Source: Anaeromyxobacteraceae bacterium
GTDB lineage: Bacteria > Myxococcota > Myxococcia > Myxococcales > Anaeromyxobacteraceae
Direction of reading: 5' to 3'
Assembly (NCBI GenBank): GCA_047602405.1
Contig: JASGHJ010000001.1
Span: forward strand, 96,001 to 160,000
DNA: 64,000 bases
The notes under the pieces were generated by a model. That model made no database searches, was not told where the DNA came from, and was given only the letters and a program-made list of their open reading frames with translations. The number at the start of each line of letters is the position of its first letter. Within the stretch, counting starts at the first letter, position 1. Below, piece by piece: positions 50,760 to 60,589 of the stretch. A program made the position numbers and the translations under genes.

Positions 50760-51401
50760 ATGGCCACGCGCCCCCGCCCACCCTCCGTGGAGACGCTCCG
50801 GGCGCTCGGCCCGGCGCTCGTCACCGCGCGGACGGGGACGCTGCTCTGGCGCGTCTACTTCCGCGGCGTGCCGCACGCCCCGCCCTGGCACGCGCTCCGG
50901 CCCTTCGGGCCCACCGGGTCCGGGCGGTTCGACCACCACGTGCCGCCCGGCACGCGGCGGGGCGCCCGGCCCGACCGCGCCATCCTCTACGCGGCCGACC
51001 AGGGCGCCGCCGCGCTCGCCGAGGTCTTCCAGGAGAAGCGCACCATCGACCGGACCGATCGCGAGCCGTGGCTCGTCGCCTTCGCGCTCGCCCGCGACGT
51101 CGCGCTGCTCGACCTCACCGGCGACTGGCCCGCCCGCGCGGGCGCCAACACCGAGGCCCTGTGCTCGGGGCCGCACGAGGCCTCCCAGCGCTGGTCGCGC
51201 GTCATCCACGAGGCGTACCCGGAGGTCGAGGGGCTCCGCTACGCCTCCTCTGTGGTCGCGGGCAGCCTCGCCTGCGCGCTCTACGAGCGCGCGCGCTCGG
51301 CGCTGCCGGCCCGGCCCGAGCTCCACCGCGCGCTCACGGACCCGCTCCTCGCGTCGACGCTCGAGGAGGCGGCGCGCGACCTCGGCTACGCCGTCGTCTG
51401 A
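50760..51401 (+). CDS. RES-domain protein
   Basis: LWRV, GRFD, LYAA...ALAEVF, GLRYASS (R-E-S residues). Confidence 0.8.
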   Translation: MATRPRPPSVETLRALGPALVTARTGTLLWRVYFRGVPHAPPWHALRPFGPTGSGRFDHHVPPGTRRGARPDRAILYAADQGAAALAEVFQEKRTIDRTDREPWLVAFALARDVALLDLTGDWPARAGANTEALCSGPHEASQRWSRVIHEAYPEVEGLRYASSVVAGSLACALYERARSALPARPELHRALTDPLLASTLEEAARDLGYAVV

Positions 51402-52390
51402 GCGCCTCGCCGCACGGCCACCACCTCGGCGAGGATCGACAGCGCGATCTCCGCCGCGGTCCGCGCCCCGATCGCGAGCCCCACCGGAGCCCGCAGGCGC
51501 TCCAGCCCGGGGGCTCCGACGCCCGCCGCGCGCAGGCGCTCCCTGCGCGCCGGCAAGGTCTTCCGGCTCCCGAGCGCGCCGACGTAGAACGCCTCGGACC
51601 GGAGCGCCGCGGCGAGCGCGGGCTCGTCGAGCTTCGGATCGTGGCTGAGCGTGACCACCGCCGTGCGCCGGTCGAGCCCCACGCCGGCGAGCGCCTCGTC
51701 CGGCCAGGCCCGGCGGAGCTCGGCGCCGGGGAACCGCGCCTCCGTCGCGAAGGCCGTCCGGGGGTCGACCACCACCACCTCGAACCCGAGCGGCCGTGCG
51801 AGCGCGCACAGGGCCTGGGCGACGTGATCCGCGCCGACGATCACGAGCCGCACGGGCGGCGCGTACACGCGCAGGAACGCCGGGCCCTCGGGCCCCTCCC
51901 ACACCCCGGAGCGATCCGCGGCCAGGGCCGCACGCGCCGCCTCGCGCAACGCGCCGCCCTCCCCGTCGCCGTCGAGCTCGACGAGCCGCGAGCCCGCACC
52001 GCCGAGGTCGATCGCCACCACCGCGGGCCGCTTCGCCGCGAGCGCGGCCCGGAGCGCCGCGAGCGCCCGCTCCGGGAGGAGCGGCTCGACCCACACGGCG
52101 ATCGTCCCGCCGCAGGCGAGCCCGACCGAGAGCGCCGTCTCCTCGGTGACCCCGAAGTCGAGCCGCGTGGGCCGCCCGGCCGCGAGCACCGCGAGCGCCC
52201 CCGTCACGACCGCACCCTCCACGCAGCCGCCGGAGACCGAGCCCGCGAGCTCGCCGCGCCCGTTCACGACGAGGTGGCTTCCCTCGGGCCGCGGCGAGGA
52301 GCCCCACGTCGAGACCACCGTCGCGAGCGCGACCTCGAGCCCCTGCGCCCGCCAGGCCGCCGCCTGCTCGAGCAGCTCCGCGTCCGTCAC
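51386..52390 (-). CDS. xdhC: XdhC/CoxI molybdoenzyme accessory protein
   Basis: TWGSSPRPEG, GSVSGGCVE, GLACGG, LSHDPKLD, YVGALGSR, APVGL.IGA. Confidence 0.9.
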   Translation of the reverse strand: MTDAELLEQAAAWRAQGLEVALATVVSTWGSSPRPEGSHLVVNGRGELAGSVSGGCVEGAVVTGALAVLAAGRPTRLDFGVTEETALSVGLACGGTIAVWVEPLLPERALAALRAALAAKRPAVVAIDLGGAGSRLVELDGDGEGGALREAARAALAADRSGVWEGPEGPAFLRVYAPPVRLVIVGADHVAQALCALARPLGFEVVVVDPRTAFATEARFPGAELRRAWPDEALAGVGLDRRTAVVTLSHDPKLDEPALAAALRSEAFYVGALGSRKTLPARRERLRAAGVGAPGLERLRAPVGLAIGARTAAEIALSILAEVVAVRRGAQTTA

Positions 52391-52995
52391 GCCTCCACCT
52401 CCACGCCTGCGGGCCCGAGGTCCTCCGGCCGGTCCACGTCCACGGCCTCCCCGGCAGGGCGGGAGACCCACGCCACGCGCAGGCCCGGCCCGGCCAGGAG
52501 CGCGCGCGGCCCCGCGTCGCCGGAGAGGGCCGCGAGCCGCGGGAACAGCGCCGCCTCGAAGAAGGTCGGCGGCGCCACGACGTCGCCGTAGCGCGTGCCC
52601 ACGGCCGCCGCGCCGGTGGCGCGTCGCGCGACCAGCACGGCCCGGACCCCGTCCGCACCCGCGCGCGGCATGTCCCCGAGCGACACCACCACGCCCGCGA
52701 GGCCGCCGGGCAGCGCCCTCACGCCGGCGGCGAGGGAGCTCCCCATGCCCGCCTCGAACCCCGGGAACTCGATCACGTCGCACCCGGCACCGCCGAGCGC
52801 CTCGCGCACGCTCGGCGCCTCGTGCCCCACCACGACCACCACCGGCGCGAGCCCGGCCTCGAGGGCCGCGCGCGCGGCACGCCGCACGAGCGGCTCGCCC
52901 CCGGCGCGGAGCAGGAGCTTGTTGCGCCCGTCGCCGAGCCGCCTCGACGCCCCGGCCGCGAGGACGATGCCCGCGATGCGCTCCTCGCCGCTCAC
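52387..52995 (-). CDS. mocA: molybdenum cofactor cytidylyltransferase
   Basis: IVLAAGASRRLG..NKLL, LGDMP, GDAG, DVDRPED. Confidence 0.85.
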   Translation of the reverse strand: MSGEERIAGIVLAAGASRRLGDGRNKLLLRAGGEPLVRRAARAALEAGLAPVVVVVGHEAPSVREALGGAGCDVIEFPGFEAGMGSSLAAGVRALPGGLAGVVVSLGDMPRAGADGVRAVLVARRATGAAAVGTRYGDVVAPPTFFEAALFPRLAALSGDAGPRALLAGPGLRVAWVSRPAGEAVDVDRPEDLGPAGVEVEA

Positions 52996-55106
52996 GCCTT
53001 CTCCGCGGCCCCGAGCGGCAGCCTGCGGAGCCGCTTGCCGGTGAGCGCGAACAGCGCGTTCGCCACGGCCGGCGCGATCGGCGGGGTCGCCGGCTCGCCC
53101 ACGCCGCCCGGGGGCTCCTTGCTCGGGAGGATGTGGACGTCGATCGCCGGCATCTCGTTCATGCGGATCGGCTCGAAGCCGTCGAAGTTGCCCTGCACGA
53201 CCGCGCCGCCCTCGACGGTGATGGCGTTCCTCAGCGCCGCGCCGAGGCCGTAAGCGATGGCGCTCTCCGCCTGGGCCTCCACGGTGTCCGGGTTGACGAC
53301 GAGCCCGCAGTCGAACGCGCACGTCACGCGGTGCACGCGCGGCCGGCCGCCCTCGAGCGACACCTCCGCGACCTCGGCGACGTAGGAGCCGAACGAGGCG
53401 TGGCACGCGATGCCGCGGGCGCGGCCGGGCGGCGGCGCCGTGCGCCAGCCCGCCTTCGCGGCGGCGAGCTCGAGCACGCCGCGCAGGCGGCTCGCGGCCG
53501 GGAGGTGCGCGAGCCGGAACGCGAGCGGATCCGTGCCGGCGGCCGCGGCGAGCTCGTCGAGGAAGCACTCCTCGGGGAAGGCGTTCTGCGAGCTGTACAC
53601 GGAGCGCCACCAGCCGAGCCGCACGCCGACGTCCGGCACCGCGCAGTCGACCCGCAGGGCGCCCGCCGCGTACGGGACGTCCGCGGCGCCCTCGACCACG
53701 TCGGGCCGGTCTCGCCCCGGCCGCGGCTCGGGGCCGAAGATCGAGGCCGACGCGGAGGGCGCGCGCACCCGGTGGGTCCACGCGACGAGCCTCCCGGCGG
53801 CGTCCAGGCCGCCGGAGAGCTCGTTCACGCCCGGCGGCCGGTACCAGTCGCCGCGCATGTCGTCCTCGCGGGTCCAGGTCACCTTCACCGGGACCCCGGC
53901 CGCGCGCGAGACCTCCGCCGCCTCCACGACGAAGTCCCACATCGCCCGCCGGCCGAAGCCGCCGCCGAGGAGCGTCACGTGCAGCGTCACGGCGGCCTCC
54001 GGGATCCCGAGCGCCTTCGCCACCGCCGGGATCGCCCACGTGGGCGCCTGCGTCGGCGCCCAGAGCTCGACCGCGCCCCTCTTCACGTGGGCGGTCGCGT
54101 TCATGGGCTCCATCGTGGCGTGCGCGAGGAACGGCACCTCGTACGTCGCCTCGAGCCTCCTCGCGGCGCCGGCGAGCGCGGCGGCGACGTCGCCCTCCTT
54201 GCGCGCCCAGCCCGTCTGCACCGGCGCCTCGACGAGCCGCCGCCGCACCTCCGCCTGATCCACGGCGCCGTTCGGCCCGGCCTCGAAGGTCGCCGCCAGC
54301 CGCTCGCGGCCCCTCAGCGCCGCCCAGGTCGAGCGCGCGACCACCGCGACGCCGCTCGGCACCTGCACCACCTGCTCGACGCCGGACACCGCGAGCGCGG
54401 CCTTCGCGTCGAACGCCTTCACCTTCCCGCCGAGCACGGGCGGCCGCGCGACGGCGGCGTACCGCATGCCCGGCACGCTCACGTCGAGGCCGAAGCGGGC
54501 CTTGCCGTTCGTCTTGTCCGGCGTGTCGACCCGGGGCAGCCGCTGGCCGATGATCCGGAACTGCTCCGGCGGCTTCAGCGCGACCTCCTTCGGGACGGGC
54601 TCCTTCGCGGCGGCCGCGGCGAGCGCCCCGTAGCCGAGCCGCCGGCCCGACGGGCCGTGGATGACCTCGCCGCGCTCGGCGCGGCAGGTCGACGGGTCCA
54701 CCTTCCACCGCCGGGCGGCCGCGGCCACGAGCATGACCCTCGCCGTCGCGCCCGCCTCCCGCAGCGTCTTCCAGGACCGGCGCACGCTCGAGGAGCCCCC
54801 CGTGAGCATGGGGCCGAACCGCGGGAGCGCGTCGGCCTGCACGACCTTCACCTTCGCCCAGTCGGCCTCGAGGTCCTCCGCCACCAGCATCGGCATGGAC
54901 GTGAAGACGCCCTGCCCCATCTCCGCCTTCGCGAGGAAGACGGTCACGACGCCGTCGGTCCCGACGCGCAGCCACGCGTTCGGCTCGAGCGCGGCCGCGC
55001 GCGGCGCGGCCTCGGCCCGGTCCGGCAGCGCGAGCGAGAGCCACAGGCCGGCGCCGCCGAGGGCGGTGGTGCCGAGGAACGTCCGGCGTCCCACGCGCGC
55101 GGTCAC
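52992..55106 (-). CDS. iorB: molybdopterin-binding oxidoreductase large subunit (IorB-like), Tat signal
   Basis: RRTFL Tat motif, [31 protein letters not shown]. Confidence 0.88.
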   Translation of the reverse strand: MTARVGRRTFLGTTALGGAGLWLSLALPDRAEAAPRAAALEPNAWLRVGTDGVVTVFLAKAEMGQGVFTSMPMLVAEDLEADWAKVKVVQADALPRFGPMLTGGSSSVRRSWKTLREAGATARVMLVAAAARRWKVDPSTCRAERGEVIHGPSGRRLGYGALAAAAAKEPVPKEVALKPPEQFRIIGQRLPRVDTPDKTNGKARFGLDVSVPGMRYAAVARPPVLGGKVKAFDAKAALAVSGVEQVVQVPSGVAVVARSTWAALRGRERLAATFEAGPNGAVDQAEVRRRLVEAPVQTGWARKEGDVAAALAGAARRLEATYEVPFLAHATMEPMNATAHVKRGAVELWAPTQAPTWAIPAVAKALGIPEAAVTLHVTLLGGGFGRRAMWDFVVEAAEVSRAAGVPVKVTWTREDDMRGDWYRPPGVNELSGGLDAAGRLVAWTHRVRAPSASASIFGPEPRPGRDRPDVVEGAADVPYAAGALRVDCAVPDVGVRLGWWRSVYSSQNAFPEECFLDELAAAAGTDPLAFRLAHLPAASRLRGVLELAAAKAGWRTAPPPGRARGIACHASFGSYVAEVAEVSLEGGRPRVHRVTCAFDCGLVVNPDTVEAQAESAIAYGLGAALRNAITVEGGAVVQGNFDGFEPIRMNEMPAIDVHILPSKEPPGGVGEPATPPIAPAVANALFALTGKRLRRLPLGAAEKA

Positions 55107-55567
55107 GGCGTCACCCCCGCGGCGCGCCGGATGGCCCGGCGGATCCGGTTGTACGTCCCGCAGCGGCAGAGGATCCCGCTCATCGCGGCGTCGACGTCCG
55201 CCTCGGTCGGGTGCGGGGTGCGCGCGAGGAGCGCCGCCGCGGCCATGATCTGGCCCGACTGGCAGTAGCCGCACTGCGGGACCTCCTCGGCGATCCAGGC
55301 CTTCTGGAGCGGGTGATCGCCCGCGGCGGCGAGCCCCTCGATCGTGGTCACCTCGTGGCCCGCGGCCTCGGCGATCGAGGTCTGGCAGGAGCGCGTCTCC
55401 TTGCCGTCGAGGTGCACGGTGCACGCGCCGCAGAGCGCCTGGCCGCAGCCGAACTTCGTGCCGGTGAGCCCCAGCGTGTCCCGCAGGATCCAGAGGAGCG
55501 GCGTCTCCGGGTCGGCCTCCACGGTGCGGGCCTTGCCGTTCACGACGAGCTCGAAGCGCTCGGACAT
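55103..55567 (-). CDS. iorA: 2Fe-2S small subunit (IorA-like)
   Basis: GTKFGCG...[21 protein letters not shown]. Confidence 0.9.
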   Translation of the reverse strand: MSERFELVVNGKARTVEADPETPLLWILRDTLGLTGTKFGCGQALCGACTVHLDGKETRSCQTSIAEAAGHEVTTIEGLAAAGDHPLQKAWIAEEVPQCGYCQSGQIMAAAALLARTPHPTEADVDAAMSGILCRCGTYNRIRRAIRRAAGVTP

Positions 55568-55702
55568 GGGACCTCCGGTCGGAAAGGTGAGGCGGAGCGT
55601 AGCCCCGCCGGCCGCGGGCTGCACGAGGTGCGCTGGGGTGGCGATCCCGGCAGGGGCCATTCGATCGGCCCATCCCCGGCCCGGAGGACCTACAATCGCG
55701 GG

Positions 55703-56320
55703 GTGCCTTCCCTGCACGCCTCGTTCATCTTCGTGCTCGATCTGTCCGGCCCGCAGGGCCCCGCGACGCTCGCCGCGTTCCGCCCGGCGATCGCGCCGCT
55801 CGTGGAGTCGCGCGTGAACCCGGACGGCCGCCTCGGCGTGGTCGCGCTCCACGGCCGGAGCGCCGACGTCGCCGTCCCGCCCACCGGCTCCGCCGAGCGC
55901 GCGCGCCGCCAGCTCGCGGGCCTGCCCTTCGGCGGCAGCCCCTCCCTCGCGCCCGGCCTGCGCACCGCGCTCCAGCTCGCCGCGCAGGAGGCGACCCGCC
56001 TCGAGGCGCCGGTCCCGCTCCTCGTGCTCGTCTCCGATGCCGAGGCCCTCGAGATCGACGCGAAGGCCCTCGTGCCCGCCGCGCGGCTCGCCGCGCTCGG
56101 GATCCCGGCGCTCGTGCTCGACACCGCGCCGCGTGGCCCGCGGGCCCGGCGCGCGAGCGCGCTGCGGCGGGTGGCGGACGCGATGCGGGCGCCGCTGCTC
56201 AGGCCCGGCGGGATCTCGACGGAGCTCCTCGCCTCGACCGCGCTCAACGCCGCCGCGATCGCGGCGCGCGACGACCGGTGGAGCCCGCCGCGGAAGGCCG
56301 CGGCGCGGCGGCCGCGCTGA
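55703..56320 (+). CDS. vWA-domain protein (ChlD C-terminal-like, degenerate)
   Basis: [31 protein letters not shown]. Confidence 0.6.
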   Translation: MPSLHASFIFVLDLSGPQGPATLAAFRPAIAPLVESRVNPDGRLGVVALHGRSADVAVPPTGSAERARRQLAGLPFGGSPSLAPGLRTALQLAAQEATRLEAPVPLLVLVSDAEALEIDAKALVPAARLAALGIPALVLDTAPRGPRARRASALRRVADAMRAPLLRPGGISTELLASTALNAAAIAARDDRWSPPRKAAARRPR

Positions 56321-56756
56321 GCTCCGCGACGAGCCGCGCGTACACCGCCCTCCTGAACGGCACCGCCCGCCGCACGAGCTCCGCGGGCGTGACCCAGTCC
56401 GCCTCCTCGAACTCGACGCCGTCCGGCTTCACGAGCGATCGCGGCCCGGAGAGCCGGCACAGGAACCACCGCTGCACCTGGCCGCGGCCGACCTTCTCGT
56501 TCCAGTACGCGCGCGGCAGCTCGTAGGCGAGCCACTCCGGCACCTCGCGCTCGACGCGCACGCTCCGCCGCGCGAGCCCGGTCTCCTCGAGGAGCTCGCG
56601 CCGGAGCGTCTCGACCGGCCGCTCGTCGCCGTCGACGCCGCCCTGCGGGAGCTGCCAGCCGTGGCGCCGCACGCCCTTCCTGCGCAGCACCAGGATCGCC
56701 CCCTCCGCGTCCCGCACGAGCGCCCCCACCCCGGCCCTGAAGTACACGCGCGTCAT
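56244..56756 (-). CDS. rppH: RNA pyrophosphohydrolase (Nudix)
   Basis: [12 protein letters not shown]...[31 protein letters not shown]. Confidence 0.8.
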   Translation of the reverse strand: MTRVYFRAGVGALVRDAEGAILVLRRKGVRRHGWQLPQGGVDGDERPVETLRRELLEETGLARRSVRVEREVPEWLAYELPRAYWNEKVGRGQVQRWFLCRLSGPRSLVKPDGVEFEEADWVTPAELVRRAVPFRRAVYARLVAELSAAAAPRPSAAGSTGRRAPRSRRR

Positions 56757-56834
56757 GTCAGCATCCTCTCACGACCCGGGCGGCACGCACCCACCGGTCG
56801 CCGGGAGGCCTAGACTCCGCGTGGAGGTTCTCCC

Positions 56835-58022
56835 ATGCCCCTCGACCCCTCCCTGACGCTCGACCCCACCTCCGGCGACGGCGACTCCGCCGACGGCGAG
56901 GCCGGGAAGCCGCTCGACCCGCGGCCCGCGCTCTGCCTCTCGGGCGGCGGCTACCGCGCGATGATCTTCCACGTCGGCGCGCTGTGGCGGCTCAACGAGC
57001 TCGGGTGGCTGTCGAAGCTGGGCCGCGTGTCGTCGGTCTCCGGCGGCTCCATCACCGCGGGCGTGCTCGCGCTCGCGTGGAAGGAGCTCGCGTTCGATCC
57101 CGCCACCGGCGTCTCGGCGGCGTTCGACGCGCGCGTCGTGCAGCCGCTCCGGAAGATGGCGAGCACCGGCGTCGACGTGGGCGCGGTGCTCACCGGCGCG
57201 CTCCTGCCGTTCGTCACCATCTCCGACCGCGTCGCCGCCGCGTACCGCGAGCACCTGTTCCGCAAGGCGAAGCTCGCCGACCTGCCCTCCGACGCCGAGG
57301 GTCCGCGCTTCGTCTTCAACACCACGAGCCTGCAGACCGGCGCGCTGCTCCGCTTCTCGCGCCCGTACGCGGCCGACTACCACCTCGGCCAGCTCGTCGA
57401 GCCGGACATCGGGCTCGCGGAGGTCGTCGCGGCGTCCTCGGCGTTCCCGCCGATCCTGTCGCCCGCCGAGGTCGAGCTCCGCGGGAAGCGCTGGGATCCG
57501 GAGCCGCCGCCCCCCGGCATGGCGGGCTACCGCGGGAGGGCGCAGCTCACAGACGGCGGCGTGTACGACAACCTCGGCCTCGAGACCGTCTGGAAGCGCC
57601 ACAGGCTCGTGCTCGTCTCGGACGGCGGCGGCGCGATGGACAGCGACCAGCACCCGCCGACCGACTGGGCGCGCCACACCGTGCGCGTGCTCAACATCAT
57701 CGACAACCAGGTGCGCTCGCTGCGCAAGCGCATCCTCGTCGACGGCTTCAAGGCGAAGCTCCGCGAGGGCGCCTACTGGGGCATCCGCGCGGACCAGGCG
57801 AAGTACCCGGTGAAGAGCGCGATCGCGGTGCCGTTCGACCGCTCCCTGAAGCTCGCGAACGAGCCCACCCGGCTCGCGAGGATGGACCCGCAGGTGCAGG
57901 AGCGGCTCATCAACTGGGGCTACGCCGTCTGCGACTCGGCGATGCGGAGCCACGTGGTGGAGCCGGCGGCGTTCGCGAAGGTGAAGGGGGCGGCGCTGCC
58001 GTATCCGAACGCGGGGGTGTGA
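56835..58022 (+). CDS. patatin-like phospholipase
   Basis: LSGGGYRA, SVSGGS, ASSAFP, LTDGGVYDNLG. Confidence 0.9.
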   Translation: MPLDPSLTLDPTSGDGDSADGEAGKPLDPRPALCLSGGGYRAMIFHVGALWRLNELGWLSKLGRVSSVSGGSITAGVLALAWKELAFDPATGVSAAFDARVVQPLRKMASTGVDVGAVLTGALLPFVTISDRVAAAYREHLFRKAKLADLPSDAEGPRFVFNTTSLQTGALLRFSRPYAADYHLGQLVEPDIGLAEVVAASSAFPPILSPAEVELRGKRWDPEPPPPGMAGYRGRAQLTDGGVYDNLGLETVWKRHRLVLVSDGGGAMDSDQHPPTDWARHTVRVLNIIDNQVRSLRKRILVDGFKAKLREGAYWGIRADQAKYPVKSAIAVPFDRSLKLANEPTRLARMDPQVQERLINWGYAVCDSAMRSHVVEPAAFAKVKGAALPYPNAGV

Positions 58023-58025
58023 TCG

Positions 58026-58955
58026 TCACGGCTGCCCCAGCACCCAGCCCTCCTCCTCGACCACCGCCCTGAGCGCCTCGCCCTCGAGCCCGGGCTGCGG
58101 CCCGAGCAGCTTCGCGAGCGCGCCCGCCCGGTCGAGCTCCCGCGCCCACTCGCACAGCGCGAGCACCTGCGCCTCGTCGCGGATGGCCTCGCTCCGCAGC
58201 CGCACCCGGTCCTCGACGATCCCGGGCCAACACTCGGCGAGGAGGATCCGGACGCCCTCCGGCAGCGTCGTCGCGAACCCGGTCTCGAACGGCCACACGG
58301 CGCTCGCGGCCATGAGCGCCGGGTCGTCGCGCAGCGCGCGCACGCGCGGGATGCCGGTGAGCGCCTGGCTCCCGACCGAACCGACCCCGAGGAGCTTCCA
58401 GCACTCCTGCACGCCCGTGAGCCGCGCGTCACACGTCCGCAGCCGTACGAGCGGCACTCCGCCCCGCGCCATGAAGGCCGGCCGGAAGCCCGGGCTCGTC
58501 GGCGCGAGCGCGCGCCACACCGGCGCGTCCGCCGGGTTCCGCCGTGAGATCGGACGTCCCCAGAACGGTCCCGGGCCGCCGCCCGCGGCCGCGTTCAGCG
58601 CCATCGCGACCTCGAAGCGGTTCGACCGATTGTCGTCGCCGTCGATGAGCCGCGCCGAGAGCGCGTCCCAGGTCGCGCGCCAGGCGGGGCCTTCGAGGCC
58701 GAGCGCCTTCGCGAAGCCGCGGGGGTAGCCGAGCGGGAAGTCGAACCCGGCGAGCACGCGCTCTCCACGGGCGAGGGCCTCGAGGAGCAGGGTGCGGACG
58801 TGCGCGGTGCCCTCGGCGCGGGTGCGGCAGTACTGCGCCGCCGCGGGGCGGCCGCGCCGGAAGGTGCCGATCCAGATGGAGTCCTTGCGCGGGCGCGCCG
58901 AGCCGCGGCCGGTCCGGGCGCTCCAGTCCACGAACACGTACGCGTCGAAGAGCAT
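58026..58955 (-). CDS. DUF429-like predicted nuclease (RNase H fold)
   Basis: VFVDWSA, GFDFPLGYP, VWPFE, EEGWVLG. Confidence 0.6.
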   Translation of the reverse strand: MLFDAYVFVDWSARTGRGSARPRKDSIWIGTFRRGRPAAAQYCRTRAEGTAHVRTLLLEALARGERVLAGFDFPLGYPRGFAKALGLEGPAWRATWDALSARLIDGDDNRSNRFEVAMALNAAAGGGPGPFWGRPISRRNPADAPVWRALAPTSPGFRPAFMARGGVPLVRLRTCDARLTGVQECWKLLGVGSVGSQALTGIPRVRALRDDPALMAASAVWPFETGFATTLPEGVRILLAECWPGIVEDRVRLRSEAIRDEAQVLALCEWARELDRAGALAKLLGPQPGLEGEALRAVVEEEGWVLGQP

Positions 58956-59124
58956 CCGTGCGGCTTCCCCTTCCTCGGCCAACGCAGTGTAGCTGGCACG
59001 CCCGCCGCAATGTCGATCCCTCGCGACGCGCCCGCCGCGGATTCACGGCGCTTTCCACGGTGGACACCGGACGCGCCGCGGACCTGGGTCCGCGGAACGG
59101 ACGCCGTCGCGAAAGGGGCTCCGC

Positions 59125-59859
59125 ATGGCCGGCGCAGCGACGAACCTCATCGTCTTCCCCGCGCGCAGACGTCTGCGCGACCTCCTGTGCGAGCGCATCC
59201 ACGGGCTCGACGAGGACGTGGTCGACGAGGCGCGGCGCATCGGTGACGCCGAGGCGGCCGAGGTGGTCGTGGCCATCCTCGACGGCGCCTCGCCCCGGCA
59301 CCCCGACGACCTCGCGCCCGTGCGCGCGGGCCAGCTCGCGGGCGAGCTGCGCCTCGAGGGCGCGTTCCCGGCGCTGACGCGCGCCTGGGAGCGGGCCGAC
59401 GACGGGCGCTTGCTCGACGTCGTCCTCGACGTGTCCCTCCTCCCCTGCATCGTCAGATATGGCGCGCGGGCCCGCCCGTACGTCGACGCCGCCGTCGCGG
59501 CCTGCGCCGACCCGATCCGCCGGGCCTTCCTCGAGGACGTGCGCGCCGCCGCGTGGCGAAGCCATCACCGGTCTCGCGAGACGCTCCTGATGCGCGCCTG
59601 GGACGACCCCCTCATCGCCGGGGGCCGCCTCGTCGACCGCGGCGACTGGCGCGCCATCCCCGGGCTGGTGGTGGCCTTCGACGGCATCCACGCGCTCGAG
59701 GATCCCCTCCCGGGCCGGCGGTCGGACCGCCTCGAGGCGCTCGAGCACACCCTGCGCATGCTCGGCGCCGTGCTCACCGCGGAGCGCATCGCGAAGCTCG
59801 TCCACGCGAAGGAACAGGCCGTCGCGTGGCGCGGGCCGAAGGGGGGAGGGTTGAGATGA
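59125..59859 (+). CDS. hypothetical helical protein
   Basis: 244-aa ORF with high-GC3 codons. Confidence 0.65.
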   Translation: MAGAATNLIVFPARRRLRDLLCERIHGLDEDVVDEARRIGDAEAAEVVVAILDGASPRHPDDLAPVRAGQLAGELRLEGAFPALTRAWERADDGRLLDVVLDVSLLPCIVRYGARARPYVDAAVAACADPIRRAFLEDVRAAAWRSHHRSRETLLMRAWDDPLIAGGRLVDRGDWRAIPGLVVAFDGIHALEDPLPGRRSDRLEALEHTLRMLGAVLTAERIAKLVHAKEQAVAWRGPKGGGLR

Positions 59860-59912
59860 CGACCGGGAGTCACCACAATGGTTCCGAAACGGTTGCATTG
59901 TCCGGAGCCACC

Positions 59913-60188
59913 ATGCCCTCGCTCACGCTGAAGAACATTCCGACCCCGGTCCTCCAGGCGCTGCGCGAATCCGCCGAGGCATCCCGGCGCAGCATCAACC
60001 AGCAGGCCATCCAGCTCCTCTCCAGGGCGCTCGGCCTCGAGGGAGGCGGAATCTCCCCCGAGCGCGTCGTTGCGCAGGTCGAGGCCTGGCGACGCCTCGC
60101 AGGTCGCTGGAAGTCCGACCTCTCGCCCGAACAGGAGATCGCGGCGATCCGCAAGGCCCGGACCCGGGGCCGGAAGGTCGACCTGTGA
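59913..60188 (+). CDS. FitA-like ribbon-helix-helix antitoxin
   Basis: MPSLTLKNIP...LRESAEASRRSINQQ; overlaps the toxin start. Confidence 0.85.
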   Translation: MPSLTLKNIPTPVLQALRESAEASRRSINQQAIQLLSRALGLEGGGISPERVVAQVEAWRRLAGRWKSDLSPEQEIAAIRKARTRGRKVDL

Positions 60189-60580
60189 GGCTCCTCGACA
60201 CCGACACCTGCATCTGGCTGCTTCGCGGTGACGCCCGCGTGCTCGAGCAGCGCGCCCGCATCCTCGACGAGGTCGCGACGACCTGGATCACCGCCTCCGA
60301 GCTCTTCTACGGTGCGGCGCGCTCCAGGCACCCGGAGTCCAGCGCTGCCCACGTGCTGGAGCTCCTCAACACGATGCCGATCCTCGAGCTCGACGCGGTG
60401 TCATGCCGCATCTTCGGGGAGGCGAAGGCCCTGCTCGAGAGGCGCGGCGAGCGGCTCTCCGATGCCGACCTCCTCATAGGCGCCATGGCTGCCGCGCGCG
60501 GAGCCGTCCTCGTCACGGGCAACGTTCGCCACTTCTCACGCATGCCTGGCGTGACCCTCGAGAGCTGGCTCCGCCCCTGA
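60185..60580 (+). CDS. vapC: PIN-domain toxin
   Basis: LLDTDTCI, ITASELFYG, DLLIGA.A, LVTGNVRHF. Confidence 0.92.
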   Translation: MRLLDTDTCIWLLRGDARVLEQRARILDEVATTWITASELFYGAARSRHPESSAAHVLELLNTMPILELDAVSCRIFGEAKALLERRGERLSDADLLIGAMAAARGAVLVTGNVRHFSRMPGVTLESWLRP

Positions 60581-60589
60581 GGTCTCATC

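Noticed and set aside
56835..58022. Patatin as a CBASS-type effector
   Set aside because: No cyclase or other defence gene is adjacent, and it has host-like GC.
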